Source of the DNA: Candidatus Moraniibacteriota bacterium
GTDB taxonomy: Bacteria > Patescibacteriota > Minisyncoccia > Moranbacterales > UBA1568
Direction of reading: 5' to 3'
DNA length: 64,000 bases
Assembly: GCA_963778555.1 (NCBI GenBank)
Contig: CAVZUR010000004.1
Location: 308,151 to 372,150 of the forward strand
Part shown: positions 53,980 to 64,000 of the stretch, in pieces
Layout of the letters: each line of letters begins with the position of its first letter
Position numbering within the stretch: the first letter of the stretch is position 1
The notes under the pieces: model-generated
What the model was told of the DNA's origin: nothing
Database searches by the model: none
The model's input: the letters and a program-made list of their open reading frames with translations, nothing else
Program-made: the position numbers and the translations under genes

Positions 53980-54026
53980 CGTTTTAGCATATTCCTACGG
54001 CCGTAGGAATAATAGAGTTTCGAAAT
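53980..54026. repeat. 47-bp direct repeat, copy B, with perfect 22-bp palindrome
   Basis: TATTCCTACGG|CCGTAGGAATA at 53990-54011. Confidence 0.9.
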
Positions 54027-54098
54027 ATGATGGTGAAGCAATGGGAGTCCCGAGGCAGCTTTCAATTTTTCTTTTTCCTCTCTGGGTCAAATGGGGGA

Positions 54099-54632
54099 TC
54101 AAAAGCCTTTATGTGTCTGGAGAAATACCACTTCTTCCGACGTAGAGGTGCGGCCGAGGATGGCATTGCGATGAGGGTAGCGCCCAAATCGATCAATGAT
54201 GTCTTTGTGGGCCTGTTCATATTCCGTGTCACCAAGCTTCTCGAACAGCCTCATCGCTTTTTCATGAACGACCCGTAACTCACTATGCATATAGGGCATA
54301 TAGAGAAATTGTCGTTTCCTTTTTTCAAGTTTTAAGTCATCACCACTGCGCACTGCCTCCTCGGCGAGAGAGAGCGCTATCGGATCCGAGAGGAAGGCTT
54401 CGGGTGTCCCACGAAACATATTCCGCGAGAACTGATCGAGGACGATGATTTCCGCGAGTCTCCCTTCGGGCGTAGTCCGCCAGGCTGCTGATTCGCCTGC
54501 CACTACCTGTCGATGGGTTTCGAGGAAGCGCGAACGAATGAGCTCGTCAAAAATAGAATCGTTACCGAACCATTGCTTTGGTGAGCATTCCCCGAACCAG
54601 AAATGGATGATGTCCTCCCAAGTCGTATTCAT
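54099..54632 (-). CDS. DUF924 family protein
   Basis: FWF, LAEIIVLDQFSRNMFRG, FLYMPYMHSE, RFGRYPHRN.ILGR.ST. Confidence 0.92.
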   Translation of the reverse strand: MNTTWEDIIHFWFGECSPKQWFGNDSIFDELIRSRFLETHRQVVAGESAAWRTTPEGRLAEIIVLDQFSRNMFRGTPEAFLSDPIALSLAEEAVRSGDDLKLEKRKRQFLYMPYMHSELRVVHEKAMRLFEKLGDTEYEQAHKDIIDRFGRYPHRNAILGRTSTSEEVVFLQTHKGF

Positions 54633-54740
54633 AGCCTCAGTATATCAGCCCATCCTCCCATTGTGAGTCAAATAGACATCCCTTTAAGCATTCTCCTCTT
54701 ATTCGCCAATTCGCTCGAATTAGAGAATAAACATATAACT

Positions 54741-54790
54741 AAAACAAAAAAACCGCCCAGAATCACTCCGAGACGGCTTTCAATTTTTCC
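54741..54790 (-). repeat. repeated terminator-like element, full copy
   Basis: AAACAAAAAAACCGCCCAGAATCACTCCGAGACGGCTTTCAATTTTTCC, near-identical to 55831-55880. Confidence 0.85.
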
Positions 54791-54913
54791 ATTCCGCAGT
54801 CTGGAACCATTAGTACTGAACCGGATGTCTACTTCTCATACATCCAAAATAGACAAAGAAAGGTAAGGAGGAAATTGGCCGAAGCCAATACCCTACCTTT
54901 GAGAGCGTTAGAT

Positions 54914-55273
54914 TCACCAGTAGCGCTCGATATGGCCGCCGTCGCACCATGTCATAAAGGCTGAAATGACCTCGGTACGGAAGGAAAACGAATACTTACC
55001 CGAACGACCCAGCGTCCACGTAGGATGCATGTAGGAAGAAAGCGTGGAGAATACTAGCCCAGTCGCCGCAAGCTGGAAGAAACGGATACAGGCGATATAG
55101 AAGCTTAGGCGCTTCTGATTCGTAACGCCCGGCGTACTCGGGCATTTTTCGTTCTTCCTCGCAACCGAGAAAACAGAATGAGAGCGTGACACGATAAAGA
55201 ATCGCAAAAACCTCCATCGCATAGTAGCGCCCAGACAAGGTAGCCGGATAGTTTTGCCGAAACACCATGACAA
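54914..55273 (-). CDS. hypothetical protein or gene remnant
   Basis: 119-aa ORF followed by a C(UUCG)G-capped hairpin at 54858-54900 on the minus strand. Confidence 0.3.
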   Translation of the reverse strand: MSWCFGKTIRLPCLGATMRWRFLRFFIVSRSHSVFSVARKNEKCPSTPGVTNQKRLSFYIACIRFFQLAATGLVFSTLSSYMHPTWTLGRSGKYSFSFRTEVISAFMTWCDGGHIERYW

Positions 55274-55830
55274 TACGACATCATCCCCCGCTTGGCCGGA
55301 ACGCTGTGCCTTGAAGATTGTGCACTCGCGGAGGCCGATTGATCTGTGCTGTCGAATCTAGGCTGGCAAACACCATGGGGGACAACTACGGCAAATACTT
55401 GTCTAGTGATAGTCCGTTTTCTTCCAATGGTTCACGGGAATATAGGAGCGGCCTCCCAACCATCGGAGCATTCACTCCGAGGCGGTTTTCAGTTTTTCCT
55501 TTTCCTCTGAGTCAAATAAAAAACAACCTTAAGGCTGAGATTTACGGCTAAAAATTAAAGGGCTCCACGCACATCTGTGCAGCAAGCGCCCCTGCCGATC
55601 GCTCTCTTTTCGTCACGTAGTACGTCGGGTGTGAAGGACTTTTCCCTTAGGCTCATTTCATCTCGACAGTCAGGAGGTTTGCTGCTCCAGATCAATAGGG
55701 ATGATAGATGAGTACCGAGCGGTCGGGGCGACGAGTTGGATTCCCACAATGGGGTTTGCCTGAGTTCTTCTCTGAAGAGAAACCACTTTCAAAGTATCAG
55801 TGGCCCCATACTCGCAAATTCTTCCAGACG

Positions 55831-55880
55831 TCAAACAAAAAACCACCAAGGATTACTCCGAGACGGTTTTCAATTTTTCC
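55831..55880 (-). repeat. repeated terminator-like element, full copy
   Basis: AAACAAAAAACCACCAAGGATTACTCCGAGACGGTTTTCAATTTTTCC. Confidence 0.85.
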
Positions 55881-55936
55881 AACAATGAAAAGAGGAACGC
55901 GGGGCGTTCCTCGAAGGCCGATGCTGGGCCCAGTGG

Positions 55937-56287
55937 TCACTTGAGCGGACGGACATCAAAGAGGTCCGGGTAGCGCGGATCGCTCGGGCCGATGCCCTGA
56001 GCTATAGCCGCTTCGCGCCGGCGGACGAGCTCGAACTGGTCCTCTTGGAGATCGAAGCGGTGGTCGAGCGCGCGCAGCTGCCGCCGATGCCAGGCCGCGA
56101 GCGCCTCGCGGGTGCGCTGCCGCCAGTCGGAGTAAGCGTACGCCGCCGTCGCACCGAAGATGTACATCTTGTTGCAGTCCTCGGGACCGAGCCGATAGAG
56201 CAGATATCTGAAGAGCATGACGCTATCTCCCACGTTGGGGGTTGGGGGCTTTGGCGGACTGCCAAAGAGCTGGTCCGAGTATCCCAA
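55937..56287 (-). CDS. hypothetical protein, high GC
   Basis: ORF with GC-rich third positions and its own terminator GAGGAACGC-ccc-GCGTTCCTC-TTTT at 55888-55912; start uncertain. Confidence 0.5.
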   Translation of the reverse strand: MGYSDQLFGSPPKPPTPNVGDSVMLFRYLLYRLGPEDCNKMYIFGATAAYAYSDWRQRTREALAAWHRRQLRALDHRFDLQEDQFELVRRREAAIAQGIGPSDPRYPDLFDVRPLK

Positions 56288-56300
56288 ATCCCCTCCCCGC

Positions 56301-56334
56301 CGTCAAACAAAAAACCAGTCTTGCGACTGGTTTC
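56301..56334 (-). terminator. probable terminator of the 16S transcription unit
   Basis: Minus strand GAAACCAGTC-gcaa-GACTGGTTTTTTGTTT (GNRA loop). Confidence 0.75.
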
Positions 56335-56413
56335 GTGCCTTACACGGTATCAGAAGGAAATTCCTTGATCCTTGGATATTCGTGCGGAGAGCGCTGAACA
56401 TATAAAGTGGAAC

Positions 56414-56704
56414 CTCTTCACGGAGTTGCTCATCGAAGAGCTGTCCTACCGACAACGATCAATACTCTTGAGAGAGGAGAAGTCTGGGCGTACCATGACT
56501 TCTCCCGGAATAGGGTAGCTGCGAGGAGGGATCGCAGCCAGAGCCTCCGACTTTCGCCAGAAAGGTAGCAGGGGGGTAAGCTGGGGCGGTAACTCCAGCG
56601 ACCGATCCGAGCGACCATCCTATGCGGCAATGTCGGCAAACAGTAACGAGAGAGTTATCTCTCAAGAATATTGATGCGAAGAACTCCCCCGTCAGAGGGA
56701 AGAG
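56414..56704. ncRNA. unidentified structured RNA element
   Basis: 18-bp inverted repeat (56458-56475/56658-56675) enclosing at least four hairpins; no credible ORF. Confidence 0.5.
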
Positions 56705-56886
56705 ATCGCGCGAATCGCGAGTCTTTTGCGGTTAGTCCTAATTCTTCTACTACTTGTAATATGCCTTGAGAAAAGCATATCGACCAGATATCTGGTTGAG
56801 AACTTGATGTTGACCATCAACTCTCCCCGCTTCAGAGATGCTCCCGATGTGAGAGGTCTCCTGGCAGGTACACCGATTACTCCCTA

Positions 56887-58443
<1,557 letters not shown>

Positions 58444-58713
58444 TAAGTGTATCGAGAATGGCTTGCGCCACTTTCGCATGAGAACACTTCGCTCATGTGA
58501 TTTCACTCTGTTGTGATCATGCTTCGGCTCGAGAGCCTTAGTCATGATCGGAATAGAAGAGTTGTCAGCATTGCTGCTGATTTCCATTCTGTCGACCCGC
58601 ACGGGAAGACAGAACAGTTTAGGACTAACCACAGAAAACTGTGATTAGCTGACTCATGTAACCTAGTTTTTAAAGAAAACAAAAGAGGAACATTTCCTCT
58701 CAATTGCCTAACC

Positions 58714-58742
58714 AGTATACGCACCTGTTTTCGGCTTGTCAA
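58714..58742 (-). promoter_or_regulatory. rRNA promoter
   Basis: TTGACA-N17-TATACT; boxA-like TTCTTTAAAAACT near 58665-58677. Confidence 0.8.
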
Positions 58743-59003
58743 CCCCGACACCAATTGAGGATGAGGGATCAAAAACTTCCCATTTTCTGGCTTATACACG
58801 CCCTAGTTATTACTTCATTTTTTCTTGGGTTTTTTCAGAAGCAATCCTCGATTGGTGTTAGGGTCATGCGAGTGTTTTCTCGTTCCACCGGGCAGAGAAA
58901 ACACTCCCTTTTACTCTTGACAGTATCATCTTTATATGATATATTCTCTTCATCCTGAATCCTTCAGGAGAGTCTCTATTTGTCCCTTCCCACTAGGAGG
59001 TTT

Positions 59004-59372
59004 ATGCACACTTTGTTCATTCCGCTCCGCAGCGGCTGGAGGTTGTTCGTGCGGGCTGCCATGCTCGCATCGATCGGCGCGCCAACCACACCTGCTGGAG
59101 CCGAAGGTTTCACTCCTTTGGCGATCCCCCGGAAACTGCTGCCGGAAGAGGAGGAGGCCGTGACGTTCGTCCGTCTCTTGTCGGCCGTCGACCATCTCGA
59201 TCGCGGCGTGACGCACAGCGCGGTGTACCACGATAGCTACCTGGCACGATTGCAGGCTGCCACCGCCGAAGAACGTCTCGACGCGCTCAAACACTACGGC
59301 CGCTCGGTCGCCGACTACAACCTCTGGGTTGGCCTGTACGGTGAAACCGCCGCGCCGATGGTCACCCATTGA
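59004..59372 (+). CDS. hypothetical protein
   Basis: AGGAGG RBS, TTGACA promoter at 58917, downstream terminator. Confidence 0.6.
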   Translation: MHTLFIPLRSGWRLFVRAAMLASIGAPTTPAGAEGFTPLAIPRKLLPEEEEAVTFVRLLSAVDHLDRGVTHSAVYHDSYLARLQAATAEERLDALKHYGRSVADYNLWVGLYGETAAPMVTH

Positions 59373-59622
59373 CACGGGCATTGCCCCTCCACACACGCAC
59401 CCTCCACATTGGATGGGTGCGCTTTTTTTTATCCTTAAGTTAATGAAAACTATTCAAAGGTTCGACAAGCGTGGTGAGGGACTGATGAAAGTAGTTTCCA
59501 ATGGTAACATGGCCTGATGGACAAGTGCTGAACACGGATGCTACAGTGTAGCGTTGCCAGCCTATACGTCGTTGGCAGCCCCGCTATAGGAAGTAGCAGC
59601 GTACCTTTCCAGGAGGTTTTCC

Positions 59623-59904
59623 ATGCCTGATTTCGAAGTGAAGCCAAAGCCGGGTGATTTCATGTGGTATGAAGAGTCCCAGAAATGCGACGCCCCACGA
59701 CACATGGTCCACATAATCCAATTTGCCGGTGTTACCGAAACACCCGCAGGAACAAAGGCGGATGCATATACCGCTCGCTGCGGTGAAGAAGGAGAGGGTT
59801 ACGGATATGGCGCCTTAACTACCTGGTCACAAACACTCCCCAGTGGACATCCCCTGTGTCCGAAGTGTTTTCCGCCGCCGTCAGACTCGACAGGCCAATC
59901 GTGA
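59623..59904 (+). CDS. small hypothetical Cys/His (Zn-ribbon-like) protein
   Basis: AGGAGG RBS; VH..ARCG..LCPKC. Confidence 0.6.
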   Translation: MPDFEVKPKPGDFMWYEESQKCDAPRHMVHIIQFAGVTETPAGTKADAYTARCGEEGEGYGYGALTTWSQTLPSGHPLCPKCFPPPSDSTGQS

Positions 59905-60075
59905 CGCTCACGGAACATTACCTCTTCACGCGCATCATTCCTACGGAAACGGTGCGCGTTGCTTTTTTCTGAAAACTGTTGACACCGGTAAAACAAAGCG
60001 GTATGTTGAGCCATCGTTCGTTTCCAATTTTCAACCCGTTCATCTCTCCCTACCCATTCCACTCGAGGAGAACGC

Positions 60076-60331
60076 GATGACTTCCCCTGACCCGCAGTTT
60101 CGCGCTCGGCTTGAGCGTATTACCTTCGAAAGCGAGTTGCGCATGGCCATCCACGGCTTGCGCGGCGGCGATATCAAACGTTTTGCTCTCTTTCTCTCGG
60201 CCGAAGCCGACAGCTTCGCACTCCAGGTCAAATGCGTCAAGCACGAACTGGCCGTAACGCCCGAAGAGATTGAAGCCTGGGCCACTGCCTTCCGGAATCG
60301 GTCAGAAATCATCCGTGCATCCGCTACGTAA
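60076..60331 (+). CDS. hypothetical protein
   Basis: GAGGAG RBS before MTSPDP; promoter TTGACA-N17-TATGTT at 59979. Confidence 0.55.
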
Positions 60332-60500
60332 TCAATCAGCCCCTGATTGCTCACGAGAAACTGAACATTGATTCAGAAATGATGTGTGGCCTTTTCTCTT
60401 GTTTGACGGGTACCTGAAAAGACCGTACGTTACCCAATGATCCTTACCAGTTTCGGGCTGTGTCCGCCCCTCGGACATTTCTCACCCACTCGGAGGGCCT

Positions 60501-61019
60501 ATGGCCACGGATGAAAACGTTTCTCACTCCCCGCAACCGCGGCGCATCCAGCATATCACCGCCGGGATCATCCTCGTCTGTCTGGTGCCACTCATCGGAA
60601 GTTTCGCCCGAGACCACTGCGTCAGCGGAATACTCTCATTCGGCTGCCTCGTCTGGAGCGCGGGCGTCATGCTCAGCCTCAGCTTCGGCCTCGGACTGAT
60701 CTTCGTCCGCAACACTTTCCGCGCGCTATGGCGACGCATCCGGCGTTCACTCCTCAAAGATTCCTCTGTCATCGGTGGCATCGCAATCCTCATGGTCGGC
60801 TCCGGAGCTGCTGGATACGCCCTGAATAGTTCAGCTCTCGAGCATTGCTGGCAAAGTATTTTCGCTTGCCTGTTCTACAGCCTCCTTTCTATCGTTTGCT
60901 GGGTTGGTGTCGCGGCCTGCATCGCCATCTTGTATTTCGGACTTCTCCATCATCCGATCCTGCAAACACTCGCCGAGTCCCAGCGTCATCCACGCTTGAG
61001 ACACCATGAAGACGAGTAG
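60501..61019 (+). CDS. hypothetical 4-TM membrane protein
   Basis: GGAGG RBS and hydrophobic segments. Confidence 0.6.
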   Translation: MATDENVSHSPQPRRIQHITAGIILVCLVPLIGSFARDHCVSGILSFGCLVWSAGVMLSLSFGLGLIFVRNTFRALWRRIRRSLLKDSSVIGGIAILMVGSGAAGYALNSSALEHCWQSIFACLFYSLLSIVCWVGVAACIAILYFGLLHHPILQTLAESQRHPRLRHHEDE

Positions 61020-61107
61020 TCGGCTCCCCGATCTTCACGCGCATCGCTCCCACGGACTGATGCGCGTTTTCATTTTACCGAGACTGGTTCTGCGGCTAAC
61101 GAGAGAT

Positions 61108-62106
61108 TTATGCTTGCTTTCGACGCAGCCAGACTTTCTGAAGCAGGACGGCCAAGATGAAGCCGACAAGAAGACCAGCAGCTACCCCCGCCCAAGAATC
61201 CCTATCTTCTCTGTCCTCCGTTTCTTCCGATTCTTTACCATCAAACCATGATTCAACGGCCCCATCTTTTTTCGCTGACTGAGCCTGACTGCCGCCTTCA
61301 GACTTCATTTCGTTCTTACCAGCAGTAACCGTCGCCACTTTCACACCCTCCTTGGCATAGGCGATCGGCACGGCCGGACTGTCGCCCGGAACGGTTTCAA
61401 GCGCAACCAATTCCGCCGTTTCACCTTTGACCAGGTGCTTTTCCAAGACCAGAGCACCCGCTTCCGGACAATAGTACTTATGTTCTTTGGATTCGGCGTC
61501 GAGCGGCGTCCAATCATACATTTGGACGCAATTGGTATACGTCTTTTTTTTCGTCTTCACGGTCTGACCGACCGCAACCACATCGCGCATATCTTCGGCC
61601 TTGCCTGGGTACAGTTCCTGGCGATATGAATCCCCAGCGGTATGCGTCCCCTTGATCCAGATTCCCGGCTTCGCCCCATCGACACCAGCGACCCATGAAC
61701 CGTCGTGGTCGACGAGTTTCCCTTCTTCATAATTGTCGACATTCTCTCCGAAATACCAGACATCTCCGTTCTTGTGCTGAGCCAGATAGTCGCGGGTATC
61801 CTCAACCAGTTCGCCATCGACATAGACTCGGTCCCAGTAGACAAGCGTCTGCACACCCAACACTTCCTTCGTCCAGCCCGGAATGAAAATTTCAATCCGC
61901 TCTAAACCTTCTTTCGTAGCAGCCTCAACGACAAATTTTTTTCCTACGGAGAGTGCGAAGTTCGAATTGGTGATTACGTCACTGAAGTCCGACGGATTAA
62001 TCACCGGGTTATACGCTCCGGCTGATTCGACAGCGGCCTGCGCCCCGCTCGCCACAAACAACCCACCTATGACGGCTATCACCCCGAGCAGTCTCTGGAT
62101 GTTCAT
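61108..62106 (-). CDS. exported protein with C-terminal membrane anchor
   Basis: Signal peptide, EDTRDYLAQ..GDVWYFGE, W.AGVDGAKPG, C-terminal TM plus RRK. Confidence 0.75.
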   Translation of the reverse strand: MNIQRLLGVIAVIGGLFVASGAQAAVESAGAYNPVINPSDFSDVITNSNFALSVGKKFVVEAATKEGLERIEIFIPGWTKEVLGVQTLVYWDRVYVDGELVEDTRDYLAQHKNGDVWYFGENVDNYEEGKLVDHDGSWVAGVDGAKPGIWIKGTHTAGDSYRQELYPGKAEDMRDVVAVGQTVKTKKKTYTNCVQMYDWTPLDAESKEHKYYCPEAGALVLEKHLVKGETAELVALETVPGDSPAVPIAYAKEGVKVATVTAGKNEMKSEGGSQAQSAKKDGAVESWFDGKESEETEDREDRDSWAGVAAGLLVGFILAVLLQKVWLRRKQA

Positions 62107-62174
62107 AGAACTCCTAATGAATATTAATTACGCCTATACCGACAGTATCATGCTACATACCAAAGATGAATATT

Positions 62175-63209
62175 CTATGAAGCGCGAGGAAAGACGACTG
62201 TGACTGTCGTCCCCGTGTCTGGAACACTACGGAGATCAACCGTCGCACCGTGGAACTCCGCGATTTCCCGTACGATGGAGAGTCCGAGGCCCGCGCCCAT
62301 CTTCTCCGCGGCCAGCCGAGTACGCGCCGGATCGGCTTTATAGAAACGGTCGAAAATATGAGGGAGATGCTCAGCAGCAATACCGATACCAGTATCGCTG
62401 ACTTCGAACTCAACGCGTCCGTCATTTTCTCGAAGACTGACCGAGACCGTGCCACCAGGCCGATTATGTTCGATCGCGTTCTGTATCAGATTCACCACCA
62501 AGCGCCTCAGGCTTGTCATGTCCCCAAGGAGACGATGCGCACCCTGAATAGAATGTTTGAGGAGAATTTCTCTTTTCTCGGCATAGGGCCGCATGAATTC
62601 CAATCGTGACAGAACCACCACGGAGAGATCCAGCGGTACGAGCAGTTTCGGGCGTTCGCTATCGTGGCGTGCCAGAAAAAGGAGATCGTTTACCATAGTC
62701 GACATCTGCTCGATCTCCTCGAGTGATTCACGAAGTAGTTTTTCATACTCCGCTCCCGTCCCTGGCCCAGTGAGCACCGCTTCGGCACCTGTCTTCATCA
62801 CCGCCAAAGGCGTACGGAGCTCATGGGCCGCGTCCGCTAGGAATTTCTTTTGCTGCTGGTGTATTTTCTCGATTGGCTGAAGCGTTTTCCCGGCCAGCGC
62901 ATAGCTGAGAAACGGCACCAGGATGAGGATCAGGACATCCACCAGATAGAGGATACTCTCCAGACGGTCTTCCGCCTGCTCAATGATCGCTACTTCCCGC
63001 GCCTCGTTTTGGACCGTATCGGGTGAGCCATATTTGATCGTATCGAATGCATTGCTGACAAAGATCTCGTAGACGGCCACATTGAACACGATGAGAACAC
63101 CGACTATCCCCAGAAAATAATACACCGTGAGTTTCCAGCGGGCTTGACGGAACGGGTCACGCCTGAAACTGGTAGCCCACGCCGCGAATGGTTTTGATAT
63201 AGCGCTCAT
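62175..63209 (-). CDS. sensor histidine kinase
   Basis: AAHELRTPL, NLIQNA, DTGIGI, IFDRFY, GAGLGLSI. Confidence 0.93.
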   Translation of the reverse strand: MSAISKPFAAWATSFRRDPFRQARWKLTVYYFLGIVGVLIVFNVAVYEIFVSNAFDTIKYGSPDTVQNEAREVAIIEQAEDRLESILYLVDVLILILVPFLSYALAGKTLQPIEKIHQQQKKFLADAAHELRTPLAVMKTGAEAVLTGPGTGAEYEKLLRESLEEIEQMSTMVNDLLFLARHDSERPKLLVPLDLSVVVLSRLEFMRPYAEKREILLKHSIQGAHRLLGDMTSLRRLVVNLIQNAIEHNRPGGTVSVSLRENDGRVEFEVSDTGIGIAAEHLPHIFDRFYKADPARTRLAAEKMGAGLGLSIVREIAEFHGATVDLRSVPDTGTTVTVVFPRAS

Positions 63210-63822
63210 CGTGGTCGTGTAATTTGTGACGAAGTTGTTTGATATAGACATCCACGATATTGGAAAATGAGTCAAACGAGAAATCCCAGCAGTGCTCCAG
63301 GATCTGCTCGCGCGTGACTGCACGGCCGATGTTGCGCATCAGGTACTCGAGAACCGCGTATTCCTTTACAGTAAGCGGAAGCTCTGTTTTCCCGTGTCTG
63401 ACTCGATACTGACCGCAATCAATAACGACGTCTTGACCAGTAATGATGCCACCGAGCGTAGCGGGAGGCCGCCGAAGGAGTGCTCGGATACGTGCCAGCA
63501 ATTCTTCGAGCCCGAACGGTTTGACCAGATAATCATCCGCACCACTATCGAGACCCCGTACAATATCATCGGCTTCGCCGCGGGCGGTCAGCATGATGAC
63601 TGGCAGGTTCACGTTCGTCCTTCGTAAGTCCCGACACACAGCAATACCATCTTTCTTGGGAAGCATGATGTCCAAGACTACCAAATCATAGTCGCCATGC
63701 TTCGCTCGTTTTTCTCCACCCTCGCCATCATAAACGCAGTCCACACTGTAGCTCTTCTGCTCGAGCGCTTTTTGGATATAACTGGCCAACTTCTGATTGT
63801 CCTCAACCACGAGTATCCGCAT
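63157..63822 (-). CDS. OmpR-family response regulator
   Basis: ILVVED, LDIMLP, GADDYLVKPF, VDVYIKQLR, TIRGVGY. Confidence 0.94.
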   Translation of the reverse strand: MRILVVEDNQKLASYIQKALEQKSYSVDCVYDGEGGEKRAKHGDYDLVVLDIMLPKKDGIAVCRDLRRTNVNLPVIMLTARGEADDIVRGLDSGADDYLVKPFGLEELLARIRALLRRPPATLGGIITGQDVVIDCGQYRVRHGKTELPLTVKEYAVLEYLMRNIGRAVTREQILEHCWDFSFDSFSNIVDVYIKQLRHKLHDHDERYIKTIRGVGYQFQA

Positions 63823-63894
63823 ACAGCGAGCATAGACTATTCCGACAAGATGAGGAACGGATGAGGATCCGCCGCATACGTATCGTACGGGTGT

Positions 63895-64000
63895 TTATTT
63901 CAGCCGATTATTGATGACGAAGAGCGCGAAGATCGGCACCACCAGCCAAAAGAGGAGTGCCCAGGGGCTTGCGATATAGAAATAGAGATCCGGCGTCACG
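63895..64000 (-). CDS. membrane protein C-terminus (partial)
   Basis: ..YFYIASPWALLFWLVVPIFALFVINNRLK*. Confidence 0.4.
   Translation of the reverse strand, partial: VTPDLYFYIASPWALLFWLVVPIFALFVINNRLK

Noticed and set aside
49625-56334. CRISPR array, canonical integron attC sites or dif sites
   Set aside because: Repeat spacing is irregular (about 0.1-3 kb), no cas or integrase genes are present, I found no RYYYAAC/GTTRRRY attC ends, and only one arm weakly resembles a XerD site.
56458-56675. RNase P, 5S rRNA, SRP RNA or retron msr-msd
   Set aside because: GAGGAGAAGTC only loosely resembles the RNase P GAGGAAAGTCC motif and lacks the 3' P4 strand. There are no 5S or SRP signature motifs and no reverse transcriptase in the window.

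Overview
This is a 64-kb window of a reduced-genome bacterium, most likely Patescibacteria/CPR (Parcubacteria-like). The evidence is 16S primer-site substitutions, a 16S insertion, no rpmD in the spc operon, a 16S gene with no 23S or tRNA downstream, and many short orphan genes. The core is the contiguous str-S10-spc cluster on the minus strand (rpsL..tuf, rpsJ..rpsQ, rplN..secY-adk-map), followed by ruvX instead of the alpha operon. Essential genes at about 21.6-27.2 kb and fusA carry many indels that look like sequencing or assembly errors, so gene ends there are approximate. The flanks hold housekeeping and envelope genes: tag, msrB, ABC exporters, a sortase with an adjacent substrate, ApbE with FMN-acceptor-like proteins, DsbB, a desaturase, a GH130/GT4 pair and a two-component system. 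The most unusual region is 49.6-58.7 kb. It contains (1) an orphan 16S gene with a ~90-nt insertion, (2) a ~220-290-nt highly structured non-coding element downstream of it, (3) about eight co-oriented, related terminator-like repeats separating small accessory genes, and (4) a 47-bp direct repeat with a palindromic core bracketing a LexA-UmuD/Y-polymerase cassette that has a GAAC-N4-GTTC operator inside its promoter. All calls come from reading the sequence; no searches or folding programs were run.
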